Positions 16,047 to 23,283 of a stretch of 32,000 bases of DNA are shown here, one piece after another. A program made the translations under genes and the position numbers. Source of the DNA: an archaeon GW2011_AR10 (lineage in GTDB: Archaea > Iainarchaeota > Iainarchaeia > Iainarchaeales > GW2011-AR10). Location: assembly GCA_000830275.1 (NCBI GenBank), contig CP010424.1, positions 690,001-722,000 on the forward strand, written 5' to 3'. The notes beneath the pieces were generated by a model, which was not told the DNA's origin, searched no databases, and saw nothing but the letters and a program-made list of their open reading frames with translations. The first letter of the stretch is position 1. Each line of letters starts with the position of its first letter.

Positions 16047-17063
16047 ATGGAATTTAAGCCAAAATTTGTTGCATGGTTTTTTCTCGTAATGCTTTCTGTT
16101 CTGGTGTGGGCGTTTTTCCTAAATGCCTCCGGCCTTGGCCTAACTGAAGCAATTAATATCGCCAACTTTGAGGAAACGCTTAGAAAAATAATGTCACTGG
16201 AGTTCTTACTGCTTGTTCTGGTTTTTCCAATCACATATTCTCTTGTGGTGGTGATGGCGAAAGCAGAGGGAAGAATCGCAACTTACATTATAACATTTCT
16301 TTCATTGATTTTTGCAGGCATGCTGTCCCTTGCACTTTTCCCTAAACTGTTGGAGTTTTTGGCGCTTGGAATGCTTTACATTATTTCATTCTTTCTCGTA
16401 ATAGAGATTGCAATGCTTAAATTCCAGGAACTGAAGGCATTTGTAATGGTTAGAAGCGCCGGCGACAGCATTGGCAAAAGCATTACTGTTTTAGGCATTG
16501 GCTTGTTCGTTCTAATCTCTTTCACCGTGCTGGCAAACCAGGAGGAATTCGTCAAAGGATTTGAGGACAAGGTATTCTCTCTTGCGGCAGGCGACAGCAG
16601 CGAAATGAATTTGGAGGGCTTGAGCGCTGACCTCATAGCAGGAACACAGCTTCAAACCATACAGCAAATAAAAGGAATGCAGCAATACCAGCCATTAACA
16701 GGAAAAGATGATGTGGAAGTGCAAACGTTCTTACTCGCAATTAACGAACTAGAAGAAGTGGTTGGAAGCCAGCAGTACAGGGAACAGTTGAAAGAAAACA
16801 TCAGAAGGGAATCTGGAAACAGTCAACCTGCAGAGCGCTTCAGATCAACTTTTGAAACAATAAAGAGCCAAATACCGTTTTTTGTTTTGATTGAAAAGTA
16901 TTTCTGGCTGATAACGGCCATCTCTTTCACTTCAATTTTCTTTTTGGTTGGAGGCATCATTATTAAGCCGCTTGGAATGCTTTATGCTGGGCTATTTGAC
17001 CTTGTTTTGAGCCTGATTAGCCCAAAAGTTACTGCACAACAAAAACTTAGAGAAGCTGAGTGA
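16047..17063 (+). CDS. Polytopic membrane protein, hypothetical
   Basis: The ATG immediately follows the map stop (GTGTAAATGG), suggesting co-transcription polB-map-this gene. About 6 hydrophobic helices flank a ~120 aa soluble Gln/Glu-rich insert. Confidence 0.75.
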   Translation: MEFKPKFVAWFFLVMLSVLVWAFFLNASGLGLTEAINIANFEETLRKIMSLEFLLLVLVFPITYSLVVVMAKAEGRIATYIITFLSLIFAGMLSLALFPKLLEFLALGMLYIISFFLVIEIAMLKFQELKAFVMVRSAGDSIGKSITVLGIGLFVLISFTVLANQEEFVKGFEDKVFSLAAGDSSEMNLEGLSADLIAGTQLQTIQQIKGMQQYQPLTGKDDVEVQTFLLAINELEEVVGSQQYREQLKENIRRESGNSQPAERFRSTFETIKSQIPFFVLIEKYFWLITAISFTSIFFLVGGIIIKPLGMLYAGLFDLVLSLISPKVTAQQKLREAE

Positions 17064-17159
17064 CGTCCTCCCTGCACTGAAGCAAAACTTTGCCAAAGTG
17101 AAAATAAACAGCGATCTCTCTTTTTGGCAAAGTTTTGCAGGGTTTTTCCAATGGACGTC
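17062..17159. repeat. Long imperfect inverted repeat (possible structured RNA or terminator) directly after the 16047..17063 stop
   Basis: The 16-bp perfect arms are GCAAAACTTTGCCAAA (17082..17097) and TTTGGCAAAGTTTTGC (17123..17138). Outer pairs are CCCTGCA/TGCAGGG and GACGTCC (17062..17068) / GGACGTC (17153..17159). Confidence 0.5.
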
Positions 17160-17175
17160 GATTTACCGTCAACGG

Positions 17176-17221
17176 AAAAGGAAGCCACATCATTTATAGC
17201 GTGGTCTTGTGGCTTCCTTTT
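17176..17221. repeat. 14-bp perfect inverted repeat hairpin
   Basis: AAAAGGAAGCCACA (17176..17189) pairs with TGTGGCTTCCTTTT (17208..17221); the loop is 18 nt. Confidence 0.55.
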
Positions 17222-17312
17222 GGGTTGGTGAACACTGTAAATAATTTGATTTAAATTCATTCACTTCCACTAATTATTCAATAGGCAAAAAAATGCCTTT
17301 AAAAATTTGGCT

Positions 17313-17384
17313 GCCTCCATAGTATAGTGGATAGCACGCGGGCTTGCGGAGCCTGAAACCTGGGTTCGACTCCCAGTGGAGGCA
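17313..17384 (+). tRNA. tRNA-Arg: tRNA-Arg (anticodon GCG), no intron, CCA not encoded
   Basis: Acceptor GCCTCCA/TGGAGGC. Anticodon stem CGGGC/GCCTG with loop TTGCGGA. T arm CTGGG-TTCGACT-CCCAG. Discriminator A. The D stem has one A-C mismatch. Confidence 0.9.
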
Positions 17385-17388
17385 TCAT

Positions 17389-17504
17389 GCAGGGGTAGGG
17401 AAGCGGCCAAACCTGCAGCGTTCAGACGGGCAAGCAGTAAATGCTTGTTCGGAATTAGGCGCTGTCGCTTAGTGCGTTCGGGGGTTCGAATCCTCCCCCC
17501 TGCA
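17389..17504 (+). tRNA. tRNA-Leu: tRNA-Leu (anticodon CAG) with a 32-nt intron in the anticodon loop and a long variable arm
   Basis: Acceptor GCAGGGG/CCCCTGC. Anticodon stem CAGCG/CGCTG with loop 5' part TTCAG. The intron, ~17426/7..17457/8, forms a 10-bp hairpin. Variable arm TCGCTTAGTGCGTT. T arm GGGGG-TTCGAAT-CCTCC. Discriminator A. The gene starts 4 nt after tRNA-Arg. Confidence 0.85.
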
Positions 17505-17641
17505 CTATCCATTAACAAGCATAAAAAATGGGGCGATTAAATGGAAACAAATAAAGAATGACATCTGAAAAACAAAATGCCTAAAAACCAAACACTGGTT
17601 TAAATATCATACACAGCACTTCAAAAAAAGAGGGAAATTCA

Positions 17642-17995
17642 ATGGAAAAGGAACTTAAAGAAATGACAGTAAGAGAATTGCTTGAATTAAAAGCAAGGCT
17701 GTTTCAGCAAGCCCACGGGAAAGGGTTGCTGGCATCAACCCCTTACGGCAAAAGAGCAAGAGGCGCAATGGACATTAACGTTGACAAAAGCATGCTTGAG
17801 CAAAATCCAGCAACTTGGGCTGAAAAAAATTCAAGAGCAACGCAGTACCATAGCCCCAGCAGAAGAACAAGGAATAACTTGGTTTCCTCTGTTATAAGGC
17901 TTCGGACAATGCTGTCAAAGGCAGAAATGCACAATGCCAGTCTGCCGGAAAAACCAATAAAGCAGAGGACGCCAAAAAGATTCCCAAGAAAGTAG
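17642..17995 (+). CDS. Basic hypothetical protein (117 aa)
   Basis: ORF with AGAGGGA 7 nt upstream of the ATG and TTTAAATA ~35-40 nt upstream. I recognise no family. Confidence 0.5.
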   Translation: MEKELKEMTVRELLELKARLFQQAHGKGLLASTPYGKRARGAMDINVDKSMLEQNPATWAEKNSRATQYHSPSRRTRNNLVSSVIRLRTMLSKAEMHNASLPEKPIKQRTPKRFPRK

Positions 17996-18004
17996 GTAGC
18001 GCAT

Positions 18005-18535
18005 TTACATTGGCCTTCTGCCGCGTTTAAACTTTCCAACCCTTCCGTATTTTAGCCTGGCATCCTTACTTCTTCTGTTTACGCTTGGCTGTTTTGGCCA
18101 TTTCTTAGGGTCCATTTGAAACAGTCTTGACAAAACAGGATATTCCTCTTGAATAGTTAAAGCAATTGCTTTACGCATTGCCTTAACTGAAATTCCTCTT
18201 TCCTCTGCGAAAGTTTTTGCTAATTCATCCAAAAATTTTAACATTAATTCATTGGAAAAAGTTTTCCTGCTAAATAAACCAAGCACTGCTTCTTTTTGTT
18301 TTGCGCTCAAGTCAAATTTCCTGTCCTTAGGCCCCACAGAAATTCTTTCAGCCAGAACAGGATTGGAAGTGCCAATTAACTTGGATATTGAATCCCGAAC
18401 TGAGCTGACTGGTTGGCCTTCCTGCGCAATTAAAGAAACCAGCCCATCCAGCTGCTCCAATTTTTTCCACAGAGAAGTTTTAGAAATAGATGCAATAGCT
18501 AAAACCGCTTTTCTTTGATCCGGCGTCAAAGGCAT
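18005..18535 (-). CDS. Hypothetical protein (176 aa) with an internal duplication
   Basis: ORF on the minus strand. Two related segments, LTPDQRKAVLAIAS and LSAKQKEAVLGLFS. Basic C-terminal tail. No recognised family. Confidence 0.6.
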   Translation of the reverse strand: MPLTPDQRKAVLAIASISKTSLWKKLEQLDGLVSLIAQEGQPVSSVRDSISKLIGTSNPVLAERISVGPKDRKFDLSAKQKEAVLGLFSRKTFSNELMLKFLDELAKTFAEERGISVKAMRKAIALTIQEEYPVLSRLFQMDPKKWPKQPSVNRRSKDARLKYGRVGKFKRGRRPM

Positions 18536-18566
18536 AAAAAAAGAAACAATTCAGAATTATAAAAAC

Positions 18567-19322
18567 TTATCTTTTTTTCCAGGACGGAACGAATTTTGCG
18601 CTTGTCTTATGGTTGAGCCTTTCTCTTTCAGCTTCTGCCCTGAATAGCTCTGCATTTAGTTTTCTTAAAGCTTTGTCATGCTCCATAGGAATTCCTCTTT
18701 CCCTCAAAAGCCGTTTCCTCCTAGAAATTTTTTTCCTTACAACTTGAAGCGCATAAGTTGCTTTGCCAAGAGGGCTGTCCCTGTACAACTTAATTGCTGC
18801 AGTGCCCCTTTCACTTGCCTGATAACGTTTTCTGACAGCTTTACCTTTCTGGCTGCGCTGATAGCGTTTATTCGAAGCACTTCTTTTTGGGGAACCCTTC
18901 TGCCTTTCATGCGCTGCTCTTTCAACCTGCATGCCTTTCTCAGTCAGGCGATAGTCTGCCTTAATTTTTCTGTATTCTGGGGTTGCATGCCACCACGACA
19001 ACTGCTGCTGCCTGCTTAACTCACTAATTTTCCTGGCAATGTCTTCCGGCACACTGTTTTCCTCCAGCAGTTTTCTCCTGTACTCCATTCCCTCTTTTCT
19101 GATAGCCAAAAGCCCGCTATTGGAAGAACCTCTTCTTTTTGCTTCCAAAAACCTGTTATGGAAAACAATTCTGCTCCTAGCCAGTTCAGGAACAAGCCAA
19201 GAAAACTCGTGAATCCTGCCCCTGCCAACAATCCTTGGCCTCGTGCTCCTGCTTAAAGGTTTAACCATAAAAATAAATCCGCTTTCTTGGTTAAAAAAGT
19301 TTTTGTTGAGCCCAGAAAACAT
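18567..19322 (-). CDS. Highly basic hypothetical protein (251 aa) with short tandem Y-x5-G repeats
   Basis: The ATG at 19322 lies ~24 nt downstream of a TATA-like box (19338-19350), so the transcript is probably leaderless. Three 13-aa tandem units: RYQRSQKGKAVRK / RYQASERGTAAIK / LYRDSPLGKATYA. Confidence 0.6.
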   Translation of the reverse strand: MFSGLNKNFFNQESGFIFMVKPLSRSTRPRIVGRGRIHEFSWLVPELARSRIVFHNRFLEAKRRGSSNSGLLAIRKEGMEYRRKLLEENSVPEDIARKISELSRQQQLSWWHATPEYRKIKADYRLTEKGMQVERAAHERQKGSPKRSASNKRYQRSQKGKAVRKRYQASERGTAAIKLYRDSPLGKATYALQVVRKKISRRKRLLRERGIPMEHDKALRKLNAELFRAEAERERLNHKTSAKFVPSWKKR

Positions 19323-19337
19323 ATAAATGAGAGAAAA

Positions 19338-19350
19338 CGTTTTTATAGAA
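19338..19350. promoter_or_regulatory. Shared TATA-like element in the 59-nt divergent intergenic region (18567..19322 minus / trkA plus)
   Basis: CGTTTTTATAGAA lies ~24 nt from ATG 19322 (minus strand) and ~36 nt from ATG 19382 (plus strand). Confidence 0.3.
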
Positions 19351-19381
19351 GGAAACTGTTTATTGTTAGAGTGGTTTTTTC

Positions 19382-20035
19382 ATGCACGTAATCATTGTTG
19401 GCGCCGGTGATTTGGGTTATTATTTGGCGCAGTTTTTGCTGGAGGAAAAGCATGATGTTGTTGTTGTTGACAGGGATGAAGCAGCGTGCAAGAAAATTAA
19501 TAGCGAGTTTGGAATTGTGGCAGTGCAAGGGGATGGCACTGAACCAAAAACACTGGAAAAGGCAGGCATCGCAGAAGCCGATACTGTTGTAGCATTGACT
19601 GGGCAGGATGAAGCAAACATGGTTATCTGCCTGCTTGCAAAAGAGCTTGGAGCAAAAAACATTGCTGCAAGGATTTCAAGAGTTGACTATGATGAGAGAG
19701 CCCTGAAAAGGCTTGGAATTGACATAGTAATTCACCCTGAGGCAGCGGCTGCCGGTTACATTGCCGAACTGCTGACAAAACCAGAGTTATTGGACCTTGC
19801 TTTCATCAGCAGGGGGGACGCAGAAATAATGGAGTTAGAGGTCAGGCCAAACTCAAAGATTGCAGGCAAAAAAGTTAGTGAAGTAGAGCATCCAGCGGGT
19901 TCAGCCATTATTGCATTGTACAAGGGAAAAAAAATTGTAGTCCCTGAACCCAACACAGTAATTGAGGTTGGAGCAAAAGCATTGATCCTAGTAAAAAAAG
20001 AAGCAGCAGAAAAGGTTAGGCAAACTTACGCCTGA
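19382..20035 (+). CDS. trkA: TrkA-type K+ transport regulatory protein (TrkA-N Rossmann domain + TrkA-C domain)
   Basis: MHVIIVGAGDLGYYLAQFLLEEKHDVVVVDRD (GxGxxG...D NAD-binding fingerprint). C-terminal AEIMELEVRPNSKIAGKKVSEV...IIALYKGKKIVVPEPNTVIEVGAKALILV is typical of TrkA-C. No TrkH/KtrB gene is adjacent. Confidence 0.88.
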   Translation: MHVIIVGAGDLGYYLAQFLLEEKHDVVVVDRDEAACKKINSEFGIVAVQGDGTEPKTLEKAGIAEADTVVALTGQDEANMVICLLAKELGAKNIAARISRVDYDERALKRLGIDIVIHPEAAAAGYIAELLTKPELLDLAFISRGDAEIMELEVRPNSKIAGKKVSEVEHPAGSAIIALYKGKKIVVPEPNTVIEVGAKALILVKKEAAEKVRQTYA

Positions 20036-20200
20036 CACCCCGAGTTTCGATTGCTTTTGGGTTGTTGAGCTACTGCATTGGGGGTCTTTGGCGTGGTTTT
20101 CTGGGAGCAAAACCCAAAATTCTCAGTAAATCCCTGACAGGATTCCAGGGCACTTTTTTCGGCATTCTTTGTCTTGGAAAAAAAGGCATTACATCAACTC

Positions 20201-20485
20201 CTATTGATTTTCAACTACTACAAGCCCTTCTCCTTGTTCCCTTGAAAGCATTCCCTTTGAGAGTTTCCCCAGCTTTTCCCTGAGAGAACCCTTTTTTCCC
20301 TTTTTAATGGAAGCACTAATTGAGTGCGCCCCTATTTTGGCGTGCCTGTGCGCTTGCATGCGTTTTCCGCCCCTCTCCAGTTTTGCTTCTTCAAGAGCTT
20401 TCATGTGCTTTTTTTTTGCTCTTTTTTCCGGCGAACCAAAAAGGGCATCATTTATTGTTCCAGTGAAATTGAACCCTGCAGGCAC
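20201..20485 (-). CDS. Possible small basic protein (94 aa), hypothetical
   Basis: This is the only plausible ORF in a ~680-nt gap. GTG start with TTTAAATA (minus sense, 20514-20524) ~34 nt upstream. Lys/Gly-rich and low-complexity, so coding status is weak. Confidence 0.3.
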   Translation of the reverse strand: MPAGFNFTGTINDALFGSPEKRAKKKHMKALEEAKLERGGKRMQAHRHAKIGAHSISASIKKGKKGSLREKLGKLSKGMLSREQGEGLVVVENQ

Positions 20486-20714
20486 TCAACCACAACAAAA
20501 ATAGTTAATTGAAGTATTTAAACCATTGTATTAGAAAAAAAGCACACCATAGAAAGGTATTTAAAGAAAAAGAACACTAATTGTGTTATGAGAAGGGATT
20601 TAGTTCACGGCTGCTGCGGTGGACCCCCGGCAAATTAATGCCACTGATTCTATTCTGATTAGTGATAAAAAGGTTTCCCGAAACACTAGTTATACGAATA
20701 ATTGCTTCTTTAAT

Positions 20715-20787
20715 GGCGGATGTGGTGTAGTGGTTTGCATTGGAGCCTGTGGAGCTCTAGGCCCGGGTTCGATTCCCGGCGTCGGCC
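20715..20787 (+). tRNA. tRNA-His: tRNA-His (anticodon GUG) with genomically encoded G-1 and C73
   Basis: G-1 (20715) pairs with C73 (20787). Acceptor GCGGATG/CGTCGGC with a G3-G70 mismatch and a U6-G67 wobble. Anticodon stem GGAGC/GCTCT with loop CTGTGGA. T arm CCGGG-TTCGATT-CCCGG. Confidence 0.85.
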
Positions 20788-20838
20788 TTTTGCTTAAGCA
20801 AAAGCCCGGGAAAAAATACTTGACAAAGAGGGAAAAAA

Positions 20839-22080
20839 ATGGAACTGAAAACAGTTAAGGGAATGCAGGATTTTTTGCCGGAACAAGCGGCAAAAAAGCA
20901 GCTAATCGAAGAAACTTTCAGGAAAGTGTTCGAAAGGTACGGCTTTAAACCCATGGAAACACCTGCATTGGAGGATTTCAGCCTGCTGTCCAAGAAGGGC
21001 GCTGCAGGTGAAGCAATAAAAGAAGAAATATATTACTTCAAGGACAAGGGAAACCGTGAGCTTGGAATGCGGTTTGATTTGACTGTTCCTCTTGCAAGGG
21101 TTGTTGCAAGCAACCCAAGCATGCCAAAACCGTTCAAGCGCTATCAAATCGAGAAAGTATGGCGATATGACCAGCCGCAGCAGAAGCGATGGCGCGAGTT
21201 TACTCAGGCAGATGCAGACATAATTGGCACTGGCTCAATTCTTGCAGAATTTGAAATAATTGCTATGACAATTGATGCACTAAAAGAATTGGGGCTGAAA
21301 GGAAAAGTGAAAGTTAATGACAGACGGCTTTTAGAAGAGGTTGCCCTGCAAAGCGGAGTGAAAAAAGAGCAGTTAGCTGAATGCTTCAGGTCAATCGACA
21401 AACTGGACAAAATTGGAAAACAAGGAGTGGAAAAAGAGCTGAAAGAAAAAGGAATAAACACGCAAATTTTAGGACAGTTGACTGCTGATTTGAATTCCCT
21501 GCAAAAAAAAGCAAAAACAGCCGCTCTGTTGAAAGAACTTTTTGAAATGCTGAAAGAAAACGGAGTGGAACAATTTGTTCAGTTTGATCTGAGCCTTGCA
21601 CGCGGTCTGGAGTATTACACAGGAATTGTTTTTGAAGTTGTTGTAGAGGGCCCCAGCATTGGCGGCGGCGGAAGGTACGATAACCTGATTGAAAGTTTTG
21701 GCGGTCAGCAAACTCCTGCGATAGGCATAAGCTTCGGCGTGGAAAGGATCCTTGATTTGCTTGAAAATAAAACCAAGCTGGAAAACAAAACCCTTGTTTT
21801 TGTTGCTCCACTGAAAGAAGAATTCAACGGAGCAGCGCTTAAGCTGGCGCAGCAAATACGCTCTCTGGGAATTGGAGTGGAAATTGATTTAATGCAAAGG
21901 AAAGTTGGAAAGAACATGGAGTATGTGAACAAGGAAGGAATTCCATTTGCAATTGTGCTGGGAGAAAAAGAGGTTAAGGAAAAAAAATTCAGGCTCAAAG
22001 AAATGAAGGCAGGTAAAGAAACTGAAATTAAAATGAGCGAACTGGAAAAACTAGCAAAAACAGTTAAATCTTCTACATAA
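20839..22080 (+). CDS. hisS: Histidyl-tRNA synthetase
   Basis: 413 aa. KGMQDFLPEQA, MRFDLTVPLARVVA, FKRYQIEKVWRYDQPQQKRWREFTQADADIIG and GGGGRYDNL are hallmark class IIa HisRS motifs. C-terminal anticodon-binding domain (VFVAPL...IPFAIVLGEKE). Confidence 0.95.
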   Translation: MELKTVKGMQDFLPEQAAKKQLIEETFRKVFERYGFKPMETPALEDFSLLSKKGAAGEAIKEEIYYFKDKGNRELGMRFDLTVPLARVVASNPSMPKPFKRYQIEKVWRYDQPQQKRWREFTQADADIIGTGSILAEFEIIAMTIDALKELGLKGKVKVNDRRLLEEVALQSGVKKEQLAECFRSIDKLDKIGKQGVEKELKEKGINTQILGQLTADLNSLQKKAKTAALLKELFEMLKENGVEQFVQFDLSLARGLEYYTGIVFEVVVEGPSIGGGGRYDNLIESFGGQQTPAIGISFGVERILDLLENKTKLENKTLVFVAPLKEEFNGAALKLAQQIRSLGIGVEIDLMQRKVGKNMEYVNKEGIPFAIVLGEKEVKEKKFRLKEMKAGKETEIKMSELEKLAKTVKSST

Positions 22081-22138
22081 TTAAGGGCAACAAGTTACTA
22101 AAAAGTTTCATTAATTGAATAAATAAGCAAAAACGGTT

Positions 22139-22231
22139 GCTCCCGTGGTTCAGTGGTAGAATTCGTCCTTGGTATCTCCAAGAGAAGAGGCAACTAGGAC
22201 GAGATCGCGAGTTCGATTCTCGCCGGGAGCT
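22139..22231 (+). tRNA. tRNA-Thr: tRNA-Thr (anticodon GGU) with a 21-nt intron at 37/38
   Basis: Acceptor GCTCCCG/CGGGAGC. D arm GTTC-AGTGGTA-GAAT. Anticodon stem CGTCC/GGACG with loop TTGGTA|intron 22175..22195|A. T arm GCGAG-TTCGATT-CTCGC. Discriminator T. Relaxed BHB: the central helix has 3 Watson-Crick pairs plus one G-G mismatch. Confidence 0.85.
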
Positions 22232-22242
22232 TTGGGCATTCA

Positions 22243-22289
22243 AACCCTTTTTAAGGCTTGAAAGCCTATTTCGAACCCTTTTTAAGGCT
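22243..22289 (+). repeat. Two perfect 16-nt direct repeats (AACCCTTTTTAAGGCT) 31 nt apart, between tRNA-Thr(GGU) and the protease gene
   Basis: Copies at 22243..22258 and 22274..22289. Each carries a TATA-like TTTTTAAGG. Confidence 0.6.
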
Positions 22290-22308
22290 AATCCTACCCA
22301 TTTTGAAT

Positions 22309-23196
22309 ATGAACAAGCAAATCCTAATCGGAATAATTGCGGTTGTACTGTCAGTTGGATTGGCTCTAGCGGCAAAGCCTGACTTTCAGCTTGCTTCAGT
22401 GAACCCTTCAAACGGCATTGCATCAGTGGTTATTCCTACTAATTCAGTTGAGGTTGCTCCAGGCGTGTTTTCATTGGGAACCGGCATAGACAAAGGCAGA
22501 ATAGTCGAAGGCTACGCTATTGTAGACTACAAGAAAGCGCCAGCAAAGCCTGGCACAGTCTGCGGAAACAATGTTTGCGAGCCAAGCGAGAACGCAAATA
22601 ATTGCCCTGCTGATTGTGGCGGAAACGGCGGACCAACAAGCACATGCTATGGTTTCCTTGCAAACGGTGCAAAGTGGAAAACCGTTGAACCATACATTGT
22701 CAACCCGGCAAACAACAGCGGTTTAGGCAGTTCCTTTATAGCAGACAACCTTGCATTAGACATAGGCAAGTGGGAAACTGCAACTGGTGTTGACGTTCTG
22801 GGCAATGGTTCAGTAACCAGTAGCACCCTTGAAGCTGACGTTGCAAGCACTGACGGAAACAATGAGGTCTACTTTGGAAGCATTGGTAACGAAGGGGCAA
22901 TTGCAGTAACCATTGTGTGGGGAATATTCAGGGGCCCACCCCAGTTCAGGGAACTCGTTGAATGGGACCAGGTCTATGACCAGGTTGACTTCAACTGGAG
23001 TGACAGTGGCGAAACAGGAAAAATGGACTTCGAGAACATTGCAACACACGAGTTAGGTCACAGCTTTGGCTTGGACGACTTGTACAACAGCGAGTGCTCA
23101 GAGCAAACAATGTTCGGCTTGGCTTCCGATGGCGAAACCAAGAAGAGAACACTGGAATCTGGAGACATTGCTGGAGTACAAGCACTCTACAGCTGA
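22309..23196 (+). CDS. Secreted metzincin-like zinc metalloprotease (HExxHxxGxxD)
   Basis: Start moved to ATG 22309 (MNKQILIGIIAVVLSVGLALA signal-like peptide). The track start 22258 lies in repeat-containing intergenic sequence just after a tRNA. HELGHSFGLDD zinc motif followed by a Met-turn candidate (QTMFG). Cys-rich insert VCGNNVCEPSENANNCPADCGG. Confidence 0.8.
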   Translation: MNKQILIGIIAVVLSVGLALAAKPDFQLASVNPSNGIASVVIPTNSVEVAPGVFSLGTGIDKGRIVEGYAIVDYKKAPAKPGTVCGNNVCEPSENANNCPADCGGNGGPTSTCYGFLANGAKWKTVEPYIVNPANNSGLGSSFIADNLALDIGKWETATGVDVLGNGSVTSSTLEADVASTDGNNEVYFGSIGNEGAIAVTIVWGIFRGPPQFRELVEWDQVYDQVDFNWSDSGETGKMDFENIATHELGHSFGLDDLYNSECSEQTMFGLASDGETKKRTLESGDIAGVQALYS

Positions 23197-23283
23197 ATTA
23201 AATTAGGCTGAAAAACAGCCATCTTTTTCTTTTTTTATTTTATTGCAAATGATTAAATATCTGAGTGCAGTAGTTTTAATGGA

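Noticed and set aside
17270-17518. 82-aa minus-strand ORF
   Set aside because: It lies entirely antisense to the tRNA-Arg and tRNA-Leu genes and is an ORF shadow.
20036-20070. T-loop-like fragment CGAGTTTCGATTGC as a tRNA remnant or att site related to tRNA-Thr(GGU) or tRNA-His
   Set aside because: Only ~11 nt resemble a T arm (with an extra T), and the following acceptor-side sequence does not match either tRNA. This is within chance expectation.
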